From the IMG/VR virus record IMGVR_UViG_3300021171_000012, positions 6,984 to 70,983 of that record: a stretch of 64,000 nucleotides of DNA. One strand, written 5' to 3'. The stretch is from a virus. This document shows positions 45,558 to 56,000 of this stretch, in pieces. The notes below the pieces were generated by a model that worked only from the letters and a program-made list of their open reading frames with translations, had not been told where the DNA came from and did no database searches. Within the stretch, counting starts at the first letter, position 1. Every line of letters begins with the position of its first letter. The position numbers were made by a program, and so were the translations under genes.

Positions 45558-46634
45558 TTACCACCGCCTATACCAGGTTGTAGTTGCAGCGTTGTAGCGA
45601 TAACTGACTCCACCGTGAGCAGAGAGCAGAAACGGTCCACCCCCGTCAATCGACTGAAGAGACGTAACGGTTAGAGACGAAATAGTTTGGGTCGTCTCGA
45701 TGTCGAATGTCTGGCCATCTTGCGGGATTCCCGGTAGGGCAACCGTTAGCGACGCTAATGTTCCCGCTGGAGTTAGCGTATAGCCCTGCTGAACAGTGGT
45801 TGGCGTAAGGGTCACTCCCGAAATCGGTGACGCAACCACCCACAAGGCACCATTCCCCGGCCCTTGAAGCCCAGCGCCGACGATTGCATACGACGTGGCA
45901 GATACCAGTGAGATGTCTTGAATTTCTTGACCGAAGATGTTAAAACTAGTGAGCTTAATATGTACTGTCTGCCCGACCATATTTATCGGATACTCGAAAG
46001 AGAATATCTGATCGACTACGACTCGTCCAAACGTTCCTCCAATCGAGTGTGGCTGAATCGGGGTTCCATAACATCCACGACGAAGTAGTGTTAAATCGTA
46101 GGCAAATGGCCCAGTTAAGGTTGCCGTTTCATAACTTATCAACTCTCCATCGACAATGCAGAGGGTGATAAAGTTATCTTTATCCGATGCAGAGCCCGAT
46201 AGCAACTGACCTTGACTTAGGGCGATAACAACCGAAAGAGTATTAACATTATCCGGGTCAGCATGGCTCGCTAAATTCGCCGTTAATTGTCCCTGTCTAT
46301 TACCACGATATATAGCTCCAACATTCCTATACGTGCTTCCGTCATTAGACACCCAAACAAAGCAACCACCCCAATTAATCGACCCACCCGAAGCTATCAT
46401 CCAAATTAGCGGCGCACCCTGACTAAGCGGCGGGAACGGCTCAAAGATAATCGGCGGGTTTGTAATCCCCGGATCAACCAACATATTATACGGAATAGCA
46501 CCCATAGTCGCTTGACGAACTAATGGAACATTCGGCGCAACTGGAACAGGGATTTGTCCACCCGAAATCGACGGTGGAACCCCTGGCCAGTTAAACCCTC
46601 TTCCCTGTTTCGATCTCCGTGGTCCAACAATCAT
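45558..46634 (-). CDS. Tail tip/host-specificity protein, C-terminal part
   Basis: PIIFEP...WGGC.VWVS.DG.TY...DGELISY..A.L...L.RG.YGT...K..SFN.FG. Confidence 0.75.
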   Translation of the reverse strand: MIVGPRRSKQGRGFNWPGVPPSISGGQIPVPVAPNVPLVRQATMGAIPYNMLVDPGITNPPIIFEPFPPLSQGAPLIWMIASGGSINWGGCFVWVSNDGSTYRNVGAIYRGNRQGQLTANLASHADPDNVNTLSVVIALSQGQLLSGSASDKDNFITLCIVDGELISYETATLTGPFAYDLTLLRRGCYGTPIQPHSIGGTFGRVVVDQIFSFEYPINMVGQTVHIKLTSFNIFGQEIQDISLVSATSYAIVGAGLQGPGNGALWVVASPISGVTLTPTTVQQGYTLTPAGTLASLTVALPGIPQDGQTFDIETTQTISSLTVTSLQSIDGGGPFLLSAHGGVSYRYNAATTTWYRRW

Positions 46635-47953
46635 GTTGTAATTCCAGGAATTTCTTCAGCCGTTATTGTCAGTTCCCAGTTATCATCCTCTTCAATTGAT
46701 GTTATTCGGAAGGCAGATTGACTTAGACCAGAGTAGCTATCGGTTATTAGAATAATATCCATTGGTTCTAAGAGCGCAAACCTCCAGCCAACTTTGAACT
46801 TAACCGTCGTACGGACATAGGCTTTCCGCTGAAGTAGATATGCGACGGAGGCATTCGCGCACGCGGGATTTGTAAATTCATGTCCGGTAACAGATGCCTC
46901 AGTTCGGAGACCATACTGGTCAATTAGACTCTGATCCCAAGTCGGAACTAGGGCAGTATTAAAGCTGTTTCCACTATCATAATATTCTAATGCTAACCAA
47001 TTTGTCATCGTAGCTGGATCGAGCCGAGTGACGATAACCGGGTCTGATGTTGGACCGAAGTTGATATAATCCGAGTCGGTAAATGAATATTGCCAAGTGA
47101 AATTCGATACCCAAGAGGTTCCGTTATTGCTTATAGATCCAATAGTATATGGAATAATCTTTAAAGTTGATCCCGACCAAACAACAGCCGCGTTTGTTAG
47201 AGTCGTAATCTCCTCAAGCCAGCGCGCCGCCGGCTGCTGACGGTCCATTAAGAGCGACATACCTAGGGTCGCCGCTTGACAGTAGTTTCCATAATCAGAG
47301 ATCGTCCCGCTAACATCGAGGTTGCCCAGGGGAAACCCTGCCCCGTAGCGGGAATTGCAAAGCATATCAATAATTATTAAATCCGGCCGCGCATCGTCTG
47401 GAAGATTAGTTCCAGTTGTTCCTCTAAGGAATCCTGCGATCTCGAATTGAATGTTGGGCAGGGCCGGCGATTGACCTAGCTGAAGCGGAGTTCCGGTCAC
47501 GTATGCGAGTCCCGAATAGCCGATAACCGGAGTGTTCGGATCGGTCGACACGAATGTTCCATCTGGTGCCTGACCGTCATCTCCTTCATAGAAATTCATT
47601 CCAATCTGATTAAAGAATGCAATTCCACCATTTGACCAGACTCGATTATACCCTCCAGTTCCATGAACAGACCCAGTAACCTGCACCGGGCCTTGGCAGA
47701 TTGCAAAGGCAACATCGACGGTGAAGGTCTGGTTACTTTGTTTCTTTCCTCCGCCGCCGCCGAGTCCTTTTCCTCCTTTTGACCCACCTTTGGAGCCAAC
47801 AAAATTGAAATACTCTAACAGATTAACCGAAACCCGCTGAGTTCCGTAAACGATAAAAACCGGCGACCCATATTGGGACGTATTATACCGAAGCGAATTA
47901 AGCGTGGGGTCAAAGAACGCATTCGAGAACGGTGATGGGGTGTGGCCGGACAA
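46631..47953 (-). CDS. Tail tip/hub protein (GTA megatron / Phage-tail_3-like), N-terminal part
   Basis: YG.PV.IVYGT.R, GGSKGGKG, YSGLAY, LP...FE, LEPMDII. Confidence 0.8.
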   Translation of the reverse strand: MSGHTPSPFSNAFFDPTLNSLRYNTSQYGSPVFIVYGTQRVSVNLLEYFNFVGSKGGSKGGKGLGGGGGKKQSNQTFTVDVAFAICQGPVQVTGSVHGTGGYNRVWSNGGIAFFNQIGMNFYEGDDGQAPDGTFVSTDPNTPVIGYSGLAYVTGTPLQLGQSPALPNIQFEIAGFLRGTTGTNLPDDARPDLIIIDMLCNSRYGAGFPLGNLDVSGTISDYGNYCQAATLGMSLLMDRQQPAARWLEEITTLTNAAVVWSGSTLKIIPYTIGSISNNGTSWVSNFTWQYSFTDSDYINFGPTSDPVIVTRLDPATMTNWLALEYYDSGNSFNTALVPTWDQSLIDQYGLRTEASVTGHEFTNPACANASVAYLLQRKAYVRTTVKFKVGWRFALLEPMDIILITDSYSGLSQSAFRITSIEEDDNWELTITAEEIPGITT

Positions 47954-47973
47954 GGCTCTAGGTTCCGTCTAGA

Positions 47974-48441
47974 CTAATTACCTTCTTGCCAATTTATGAA
48001 GTAGTTGCTAAGTCCGTTATCCACCCCGGCGAGATTCCTACATGATACTGAGCCTTGCAGAATACCATTTATAATCGTCCATTGTGAGTCGTCAGCTAGA
48101 ATAATATAGCCATTCCCACCCTGGACATTCCAGTTCTGATAATGTAGATTTCCTACATTCTCTGTTGGTAGTACCGGCGGTGTGGAATAGGACGAGACAA
48201 ATGCCATACCAGGAGTTGCCAAATCAGGTGTTCCAACTACTATCGCAGTAGATGTAATCCCTTTTGTCGTTGGCCGAACCCATCTTGTACGATAACCGAT
48301 GCTTGTTGTTCCCGACCCGCCCCAAGAAAACGCCGTAACTTTACCAACTAAGCCTAATGGCGTTACACTAGCATCGAGGGTAAAGTTATCCGCCGATAGT
48401 GATGGAGTAAAATTTGCAACTCCATTAGAAAAAGCTGCCAT
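47974..48441 (-). CDS. Putative structural protein; paralog-like to 4093..4590
   Basis: NWNVQGGNGY and terminal INWQEGN. Confidence 0.5.
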   Translation of the reverse strand: MAAFSNGVANFTPSLSADNFTLDASVTPLGLVGKVTAFSWGGSGTTSIGYRTRWVRPTTKGITSTAIVVGTPDLATPGMAFVSSYSTPPVLPTENVGNLHYQNWNVQGGNGYIILADDSQWTIINGILQGSVSCRNLAGVDNGLSNYFINWQEGN

Positions 48442-48454
48442 AATTTAAGTCCCT

Positions 48455-48748
48455 TTATATTCCGAGAACCCTTGCATTCTGCTCAATTCGATAGCGGCGC
48501 GCCAGTTCTTGGTCTATAAACCGCTTAAACGACTCACAAACGCCACCAACTTTCATCTTCTCGGCACAATTTAGACAGAGCGGCTTGTCACAATTGCAAC
48601 AGTAACCACCACTCTTGCGCCAAACAGACTTCTTTATCGTTGCCTGGCAATGACTACAGCCAAGAATATCATCTTCTTCCAGACTATTCCAATCCGAAGC
48701 ACGGTTGTCGGAAAACAAATACCCTGCGCCGTTGAATCGGCTTCGCAT
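48455..48748 (-). CDS. Small Cys-rich zinc-finger protein
   Basis: CSHC...GGYCCNC..LC.NC...C. Confidence 0.6.
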   Translation of the reverse strand: MRSRFNGAGYLFSDNRASDWNSLEEDDILGCSHCQATIKKSVWRKSGGYCCNCDKPLCLNCAEKMKVGGVCESFKRFIDQELARRYRIEQNARVLGI

Positions 48749-49197
48749 TAGAGCTTGTCCTTAAACGGGCTCATGTATTTAACTTCGCGGGGTTTACCCT
48801 GTTTGTCTAATAGGGGTTGCTTACCAATATCAGCGTAGACAACCTCATTCTGGGTCCAATAGGCATGAATGATTCGGGGATACTCGATCACAATACCTGC
48901 ATGGGAAAATACCCGACCAAATTTGAACAGCGCCACGTCACCCGGTAATGGCGACGTAACTTCATGAGCAACCTCTAATAGTCCCATCAAATACCGCTCT
49001 GCATCACGATGAAGATGCCAATCGGGAGGATAGTAGCCAATCTCTTGATGCGGTAAGACTCCAGCGCGCTCATATACTTCCGCGAGTAACATGACGCAAT
49101 CAACTCCAACTTCCTTCAGTCTAGCTTGATGATGAAACGGCGTACGGAGCCAAGTTAGTGCCTCTATAACGACCTGCTCTCGCGGAGTCAGTTCCAT
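48748..49197 (-). CDS. NlpC/P60 tail-associated peptidase
   Basis: W..TPFHHQAR...GVDC...PGDV.LF...SHAGI...IIHA. Confidence 0.88.
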   Translation of the reverse strand: MELTPREQVVIEALTWLRTPFHHQARLKEVGVDCVMLLAEVYERAGVLPHQEIGYYPPDWHLHRDAERYLMGLLEVAHEVTSPLPGDVALFKFGRVFSHAGIVIEYPRIIHAYWTQNEVVYADIGKQPLLDKQGKPREVKYMSPFKDKL

Positions 49198-49198
49198 A

Positions 49199-50554
49199 TC
49201 AGTTAATAATCTCCACAAGAAACTCATTAAGTGCAATGTCAGCAGCGACGGTAGTAGAATTGCCTGTTATTGCAACTAATATAGCTCCGCTCTCGGTTGC
49301 GGTGGTCAGTGTCGGAGCCTGATAGCCTAAATGCGCTACGCCAGCGCCTTTGCCATTCGAGGTTGCTATCTGGGTATTCGACGCTGCTGCGCCGTATTTG
49401 AAAACATCGGCAGAAATAAACCAACCCCCAGTCGCACCGCTAGTTGTAATGGTTCCAGTGTCTTCGACAGTCGTTCCCCCCGTAACGGCGCTACCAAGTA
49501 CTGCTGTTGTCGCATTAAAGATTATTTTAATTCGCTTATTGTTCGCATTCGACCCCAGAGATCCCTTCGCTGATATACAAACGCCGCGCCCTGCAACGTC
49601 GAAAACATTCGCCGGAATGCTATATACAGCGATAACGTTGTCATTACCTGTCGACCCTGGAACAACGCCGGCGCCGCTGATCGAGCGCGCCAAGGTTCCG
49701 ATCAACGATACTGGCGCTACTCCTGACGAGCCAGCCCCTGGCAACAAGGAAGATGCTAATAGCCTAATCGAGATCGCCCCAGGTCCGGTGTAGGTAACTA
49801 AGAATAGACTGGTGCTATTTCCAGGAAATACACTTGCAACACCGGATAGCGTTACCCCGGAACCCGCTGCAAGAGTTCCATTATACGGAGAAGTGTTTAT
49901 ATATGTAAGTATCCACGATTGTCCGATTGACGGATTCGGTATTGCAGCAATTATATTCGCAGCAGTGTCTGTTGTGTCAGTAAATGGTCCGTTTGGCCCC
50001 GATCGAGTAATAACTGCTCCAACTATAGCAGCGGCAGTCAAAGTCCCAGCACCGACAGTAGTAATAGCCGTATTCATATCCGCCGCGCCAACGGTATTAG
50101 CCGCAATGGCCATTCCCGTCATTGAAACTGCGGCGGCGCCAGTATAGGACAGCAGGAAAATTCCGGTCGAATTTGCAGGAATTACTGAAATACCCGCAAG
50201 AGTGACTCCCGAGCCTCCAACTATGGTTTGGTTAAACGGGGTCGTGTTATTGATAAAAACAAGCCAAGCGGTGTTAAATGGGGACTCGGGAGCTAGAGTT
50301 CCAATAATATTGGTCGCACTGTCAGTCGTATCAGTAAAGGCCGCCGATGGGCCGGTTCGAGTTATGAAACCCCCTACTATTCCCGCCGCCGACAATGTTC
50401 CATTAGACCCCGTTGCGATAAACGTATTAACCTGTGGTGGGAATGAATCCGCCAGCGCAGCGATCTGTTTTGTCGTTATCATAGACGGCGAGATAACGCC
50501 GCCGCTGGCGGTTTCTGAGATAGTCTGTTCTGTTCCGAGTAATGGTCCGGCCAT
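49199..50554 (-). CDS. Virion protein with a tandemly duplicated ~100-aa domain
   Basis: GTLxAAxIVGxxITRxGPxxxFTDTTDxAxNII...GSGVTLxG...NST.LF..YTG occurs twice. Confidence 0.65.
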   Translation of the reverse strand: MAGPLLGTEQTISETASGGVISPSMITTKQIAALADSFPPQVNTFIATGSNGTLSAAGIVGGFITRTGPSAAFTDTTDSATNIIGTLAPESPFNTAWLVFINNTTPFNQTIVGGSGVTLAGISVIPANSTGIFLLSYTGAAAVSMTGMAIAANTVGAADMNTAITTVGAGTLTAAAIVGAVITRSGPNGPFTDTTDTAANIIAAIPNPSIGQSWILTYINTSPYNGTLAAGSGVTLSGVASVFPGNSTSLFLVTYTGPGAISIRLLASSLLPGAGSSGVAPVSLIGTLARSISGAGVVPGSTGNDNVIAVYSIPANVFDVAGRGVCISAKGSLGSNANNKRIKIIFNATTAVLGSAVTGGTTVEDTGTITTSGATGGWFISADVFKYGAAASNTQIATSNGKGAGVAHLGYQAPTLTTATESGAILVAITGNSTTVAADIALNEFLVEIIN

Positions 50555-50570
50555 GTTAGGCTTCTCCCGA

Positions 50571-50597
50571 CTAAAGAGCAAACTCAGGCGGCGGAAT
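50571..50597 (-). repeat. Displaced duplicate of the DUF2163 gene 3' end (IPPPEFAL*)
   Basis: ATTCCGCCGCCTGAGTTTGCTCTTTAG versus ATACCCCCGCCCGAATTTGCACTTTAG at 51160-51186. Confidence 0.85.
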
Positions 50598-50598
50598 T

Positions 50599-51144
50599 TT
50601 AAATGTCTAATACAATGCCGGGTATGGCCTTGCTTATACGTACTCGTGAAGATTTCGTAGTAGCTAATACATTATCAATCTCATCGTATTCTCTATATAG
50701 GCGAATAGTGGTTAGAGCCTCCGCTAATTGTGCAACATCTGCCCACAACGCAGGATTACTCTGCTTCAATCCACCATGTATGTCCCTACTGCAACATGCA
50801 AGTACCGCCAGTCTCCATATAGCAAAATCTGAAGCCTTTTTTGCACGAAGCGGGTACTTATCAAATATATCTACTAGAACTCTGCAATCTTCCCGGGCGC
50901 TAACTGCATACACAACTGTTGGATTCAAACGACTATGATCTCTATCTGCGTATATATTGCCTACCCCCACTTTATTACGTACTTCCACTAAAATCTTATA
51001 ATCGTCTGCGCGCAGACGAAGTTGAAAACTACATGTATATCCATATCTATTCTTTCCACGCTCAACGCGTCGAGTTATACTGAAACTACCTTCTCCATCG
51101 GTAAATCCTGCAAACCAATGAAAAAATGCATCATCTTCAGACAT
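50599..51144 (-). mobile_element. Free-standing single-motif LAGLIDADG homing endonuclease (C-term IVLDI)
   Basis: WFAGFTDGEGSFSI...D..IL......GVG.I...FDKYPL..KK..DF..W. Confidence 0.88.
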
Positions 51145-51159
51145 ATCAATCTCTCTCGA

Positions 51160-52113
51160 CTAAAGTGCAAATTCGGGCGGGGGTATGTAGGGCATTCCGC
51201 CGAACCGAGCTAGATTTTGAAACGTCCCATTACAGGTTGCAGTTGTATGGTCACAGCCAGGTAGAATGTAGAATGTATCACCGGCAGTGACTAAGCTCAG
51301 CCACGGTTTAATCAGATAGACAAATCCAGGTTGAATAGAACTAATCGTCCGTGTCTGGCCAGCGTTTGCGCCGGTTAGACACACAATAGTTCCATCATTA
51401 TAAACCGTTGCCGGCGATGGGCTGAAGCTAGTAGCAACAGCACCGCCCCCACTACTGGACAGAGCAGTAATATTAACCAAACCAATCCCTGTCGACGTTC
51501 CATTCGCCGCGGTGCCAGTTACTCGATTATAGCCGCATCCAACATCACCGAAGACATGACTACACGATGACATGAACATCCTTCGAGGCATCTGCTGAAT
51601 CTGAAGCAGATTCATCATTGATTTTACTTTTATCATTACTTTCGATCGCCCAACGTCGCAATCAGCAACCCGACCATAGAACCAGATTAAACAACCTAAA
51701 GCTCCTGTGTCGATATGATCTCCAATCGGGGGCGGGGCAAACAGACGGTCTAGTTCAATCGTTGCGCCATCGAACAACCCGATCCTAACTGCCTCAGCGA
51801 AAGGCGTTTGTCCGACTAAGTCATTAATACTCGGATAAACTTCAATATCAAGTTCCGCAGGTTCAATCCCAATCTTTACTGTCGCTTTTGTTGGTCCGAA
51901 CTTCGGCCCCGCGGCGAAAAATGACACAGGAAATACAGTTAACAAACTCCCCGCTGGGAAACTCGAACTAGGCACGGCTAGGGGCGATGTCCAAGACGTG
52001 TAGAACAGGGTAGGGGAACCAACCAGATCAAATGTATACAGATCCACAATCGCCGCGGCTAAATTCGCTGGATTCGCCAAATATGCTTTAAGGGCCGGCG
52101 TACAGGGTCTCAT
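51160..52113 (-). CDS. DUF2163/BR0599-like baseplate hub protein
   Basis: G.FDGA...L.R, C.H.FGD.GC, PGCD.T..TC...F.N..RFGG.PYIP. Confidence 0.85.
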   Translation of the reverse strand: MRPCTPALKAYLANPANLAAAIVDLYTFDLVGSPTLFYTSWTSPLAVPSSSFPAGSLLTVFPVSFFAAGPKFGPTKATVKIGIEPAELDIEVYPSINDLVGQTPFAEAVRIGLFDGATIELDRLFAPPPIGDHIDTGALGCLIWFYGRVADCDVGRSKVMIKVKSMMNLLQIQQMPRRMFMSSCSHVFGDVGCGYNRVTGTAANGTSTGIGLVNITALSSSGGGAVATSFSPSPATVYNDGTIVCLTGANAGQTRTISSIQPGFVYLIKPWLSLVTAGDTFYILPGCDHTTATCNGTFQNLARFGGMPYIPPPEFAL

Positions 52114-53012
52114 TGAAGAACACTCTGTAGCTTAATTGCCTTGGCTTCCCAAATTTGCCAAAGAAAATTAGAAAAATCTGTTGAATCCTCAGCAAAGCGA
52201 ACGTAGAAGTAATATGAAAATGACGCGGTGACGGCTGAACCGGGCATCGGAAGCGTGCTCCCACGGAACGTGAGACGTTGGTTGAGTGCCACATTATTAT
52301 CTACAATAAAATTAAGCGGATCAACCGGCAGTCCGTTTACTTGAACAACCGTCGGGACTCCTGGTAAATTACCCGTTACGAACCCTACGTTTTCTGTTGT
52401 TAGTAGAAATGTCCTTTGCATCACTATTGGCCGCTGCCAAGAAATAATATCATTCGGCCCTGTTGGAAGGACAATAGGAGGGTTTATAGAAACAGTGAAC
52501 GGAGATGGGAATCCGGTTACATATGTCGGAAAGGTAAATGGCTGAAATCCACCTATTATCGTTTCATCTTGTATCATATCTCCGATCTGCATTCCCACAA
52601 CGGGAGCAGGAAGTGAAAGTACATTTTGTCCAGGAAATGCTGGCCCTGAAAGCATACCAATTCCGCTGATGGTATTCGCCAATGGCTGACCAAATACGTG
52701 ATTATCACTTGTGTCCCAGAAGGCAAACCCACCAAACTGACCCTGCATAAGGGTGAATGTGCCCATAAGGGTTCGTAATTCGTCGAAATTACCGAACTGA
52801 CCACGCCCGCCATTAGAACCACGAACGTCCCACATATCACGAAGAAATTCAAATGGGAGGGTCCAGGTCCAGACAGGAAGAGGACGGTCTAGGATTCGGA
52901 GTTCTCGACCAGATACAGATGTTTGAATCCGAGTTCCAAACTTAGGAACCTTCATGACGGGAAAGCCTACTCCCGGAAGGAATGGGAATTTTATATATGG
53001 GTCGATCGCCAT
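52110..53012 (-). CDS. DUF2460-like distal tail protein
   Basis: P.F.T.IQ.S.SGRE.R...GQ..GF.F.D..D...VTA.F.Y...VRF.ED. Confidence 0.8.
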   Translation of the reverse strand: MAIDPYIKFPFLPGVGFPVMKVPKFGTRIQTSVSGRELRILDRPLPVWTWTLPFEFLRDMWDVRGSNGGRGQFGNFDELRTLMGTFTLMQGQFGGFAFWDTSDNHVFGQPLANTISGIGMLSGPAFPGQNVLSLPAPVVGMQIGDMIQDETIIGGFQPFTFPTYVTGFPSPFTVSINPPIVLPTGPNDIISWQRPIVMQRTFLLTTENVGFVTGNLPGVPTVVQVNGLPVDPLNFIVDNNVALNQRLTFRGSTLPMPGSAVTASFSYYFYVRFAEDSTDFSNFLWQIWEAKAIKLQSVLQ

Positions 53013-53013
53013 T

Positions 53014-56000
53014 CTAATACGCCATGCTTCGCAGAGAGTTCGCTCGGAACATGTCTCGGAACACGTTCGAGTTATTACTTATTATACCCTTAAACCAGCG
53101 GTCTATGCTAGGTCCGTCAGCTGGACCGTGGAAGTGCATATGGACTTCAGGAGACGAACCGCCAGCATTGCCGGAGTTTATCATATTCTGCATTCCAGTT
53201 GAGAGATGCTCTGGGAGGACCATCTCTCGGGGATGAAGGATACTAAGAGAACCTCCAGTAAGTCCCCCAGACGCAAAACTAGGGACAACCATTCCCTTCT
53301 CGGCAAATGCCAAAGCAAGTGTCGCAGCTTCCCCTATCGCACTGGCACCGCCGCCTCCCGCGCCACCCGCTGCCATTGCCGCTGACAAAATTGGCGCCGC
53401 CTCGACAGCGCCGGCAACAATTCCTGCACTGAGAATTGGTGCTCCCGCTGTCGCTCCAGCAACCTCCGCTGATGTTTTCGTAGCAGTTTCTGTTCCAACA
53501 TCGAATAGTTTGCCAACACCTTTTGAGATAAGATCACCAAAGACCTTGTCAAGTCCTTCACCAGCAGTATTATCGAACAAAGTTTTTGCTAAAGCTTTCG
53601 ATGCTGTCGATGCAAACGCCTTTAGAAGACCTTCGCCGATCGCGGTTGCAACCTGACCTTCAGCCTGTTTCCAGGTCGTTTTCTTCGACAAGACTCCAGT
53701 AATCGCGTTCTCAAGCGCCGAGGCAACGGAGTCGAATGCCTTCGTCCATGGCTCGGCCCACTTCTTCGTAATCGCCTCCTGCGCTGTTCGCATCTTTTCC
53801 AATAGTTGCTCGACTTCGGTTGTTTTCTTAATCCCGAGATCCCACTGTTGCCACCAGATTCGAGTCTGCTCAACGGAACCTTTAGTTGCATCCGCGATAC
53901 CGTAGACGGCATCGGCGGCATCCATTTCTTTCTTTAAGACTTCAGATAAAGCCCCGTTGAGTCGTTCAACCTCTTGGATGTCGTACTTATATGCATCGAC
54001 TTTAGAAATCCCCGGCCGCTTCTGAATATCAGCTTCAAAGCCGCGTAGAATGTCCGCAGCGGCTTTACTTTGCCCAGCATAGGACTCCTGATTTAGTCGA
54101 ACCTGTTCTTTCAATACGTCGTTCTGAGCCTGTTGTAGTCTAGTTTGCGCAGCGATTTTCTCGGCAGCGGACTTATATGGATCAGCTTGGATGATCGCTA
54201 GTTCTTCTTTGCGAATATTGACGATCTCAGCTAAATCGTCCCTAGCCCGAGCTGCGGCCTCCCGCTGCTGAAGCTGGGCCATTGTAGATTGCTGAGTATA
54301 ATTAAATTCTTGTTGTTTGAGTCTAACACCATCCTCAACAGTCTTTATAATCGCCACTCGCTGGTCGGCTTCAACCTTTCCCAGAGCAACATTCTGACTA
54401 TTTACGACATTAACCTTTAGAAATGCCTCTTTCTGATCCGCGCTCATAGACGCAAATTCAGTCTCTTTCTCCCGAAGACGATTCAAGGCTTCATAATCAT
54501 GCCTCTCTTCAGCAACTAGCTTTCGTAGACGCAGCTCGGCTTCATAAGCTTTCTCTGACGCTCCTAAGTCAAATGGTGACATTTCCCCAGAAGTCGACGG
54601 AGCACCTGGAACTGCTGTAGCCGCGCCAGTACCTTGTACAACACCGGACGTATCATACGGACCGCTCTTGGCCCAAGATTGCGATGCGTTCGGACCATAC
54701 TTACGAAGTAAAGCTAGGGCATTTACGTCTTGCGACGCTGGGGATATGTCGTACTTGCCAGTTATCGCCCCCATTTCGCGATAAGTCCCTGGCTGAAATC
54801 CATACGCGCCGAAGGCGTGAGACTTAAAGCCCTTTAATGCCTCGATTTCCTCTAACGAGGAGACAGTCTGTCCAGTTGCGTGGAAGGTATCGTAGCGTCC
54901 ACCACCTTCTCGTTGACGTACTTGGGCTAGAATAGCACTCTCGCTCGCAGTTGCGCTAGGTATATTAACTGCTCCAGACCCGTATGGATCAGCATAGCGC
55001 CACGCATTTCCCTGATCCATACGGCGCTGAATAGCGTCGGGAACTTTGACCGCCGCCTCGCCAGCGCGATCTAACATAACAATTAGAAGTTCAAGACCCT
55101 GTATCCAATTACGGAAATACTCTCCCGATGTAACCGACGCCTTGAAGCCCTCCCAGGCAACCGAAAGTTCGTTAATATCCTTATTTATAGAAACCAGTGC
55201 ATCATGATTCGCAGTCATGAACGGGTTAAGTGACTCCGATGCCGACATCAATTCGCGGAAGTTTTGGGAACCACCCTTAATTGCCGACATAATTTCCATA
55301 AACTGTTGTCGGCCACCAAAGGCTTCCATAATTCGCGAAGTTCTCTCCGCGTCGCCTCCAATTCGGACAATATAGTCCGAAATATCCATAAGCGTTTGCA
55401 TCGCGCCCTGTGGATCGCGAAGGCGCTTTAGCATTTCGTCCCAAGTTAGACCCATGTCACGAAAGGCCGACATCGCCGGCCCTTGCGGCGCCATAACCGC
55501 TTCTTGCATTCGACGCTGGAGGGTTTCTAATGTCCGTGCAGCAGTTTCGGCAGAGCCTCCCGTTAAACGAAGGGCACCAGAAAATGCAATATACTGAGGA
55601 ACCGAGATCCCAACCGCTGCCGCAACATTCTCTTGCCGCTCAGCAAGTTTGCCTAACTCTTCTCCCCACTTAGTTAAGTCGCGAGCTACAGCAGCCCCGA
55701 TAGCGATGCCCGCTAGGCCGACTAAACCTGAAATTAGAGTTGAGGCCCCCGCGCCAGTATCTCTCAACATCGAGCCGAATGTCGAGAACATCTGACTGAA
55801 GCGGCCACTCTTAAATTCGTCAAAGAGGGCAACGAAATGCTTTGCCTCCCGTTGGGCAAAGGCAAAATTGTCTCCAGTGTCTTTGACTCCCTTACTCAAT
55901 TGTGCATGTGCCGTTGCAGCTGCTTGAATCGACGCAACACTCTCTCGCTGAACGGCTTCATTCGCCTTGACTTGAGCATAGTAAAGTGCCGCGTCGCGCA

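Noticed and set aside
49331-50660. Long antisense ORFs here, at 57955..58581 and elsewhere
   Set aside because: They are shadows of coding genes on the opposite strand, with no RBS or recognisable motifs.
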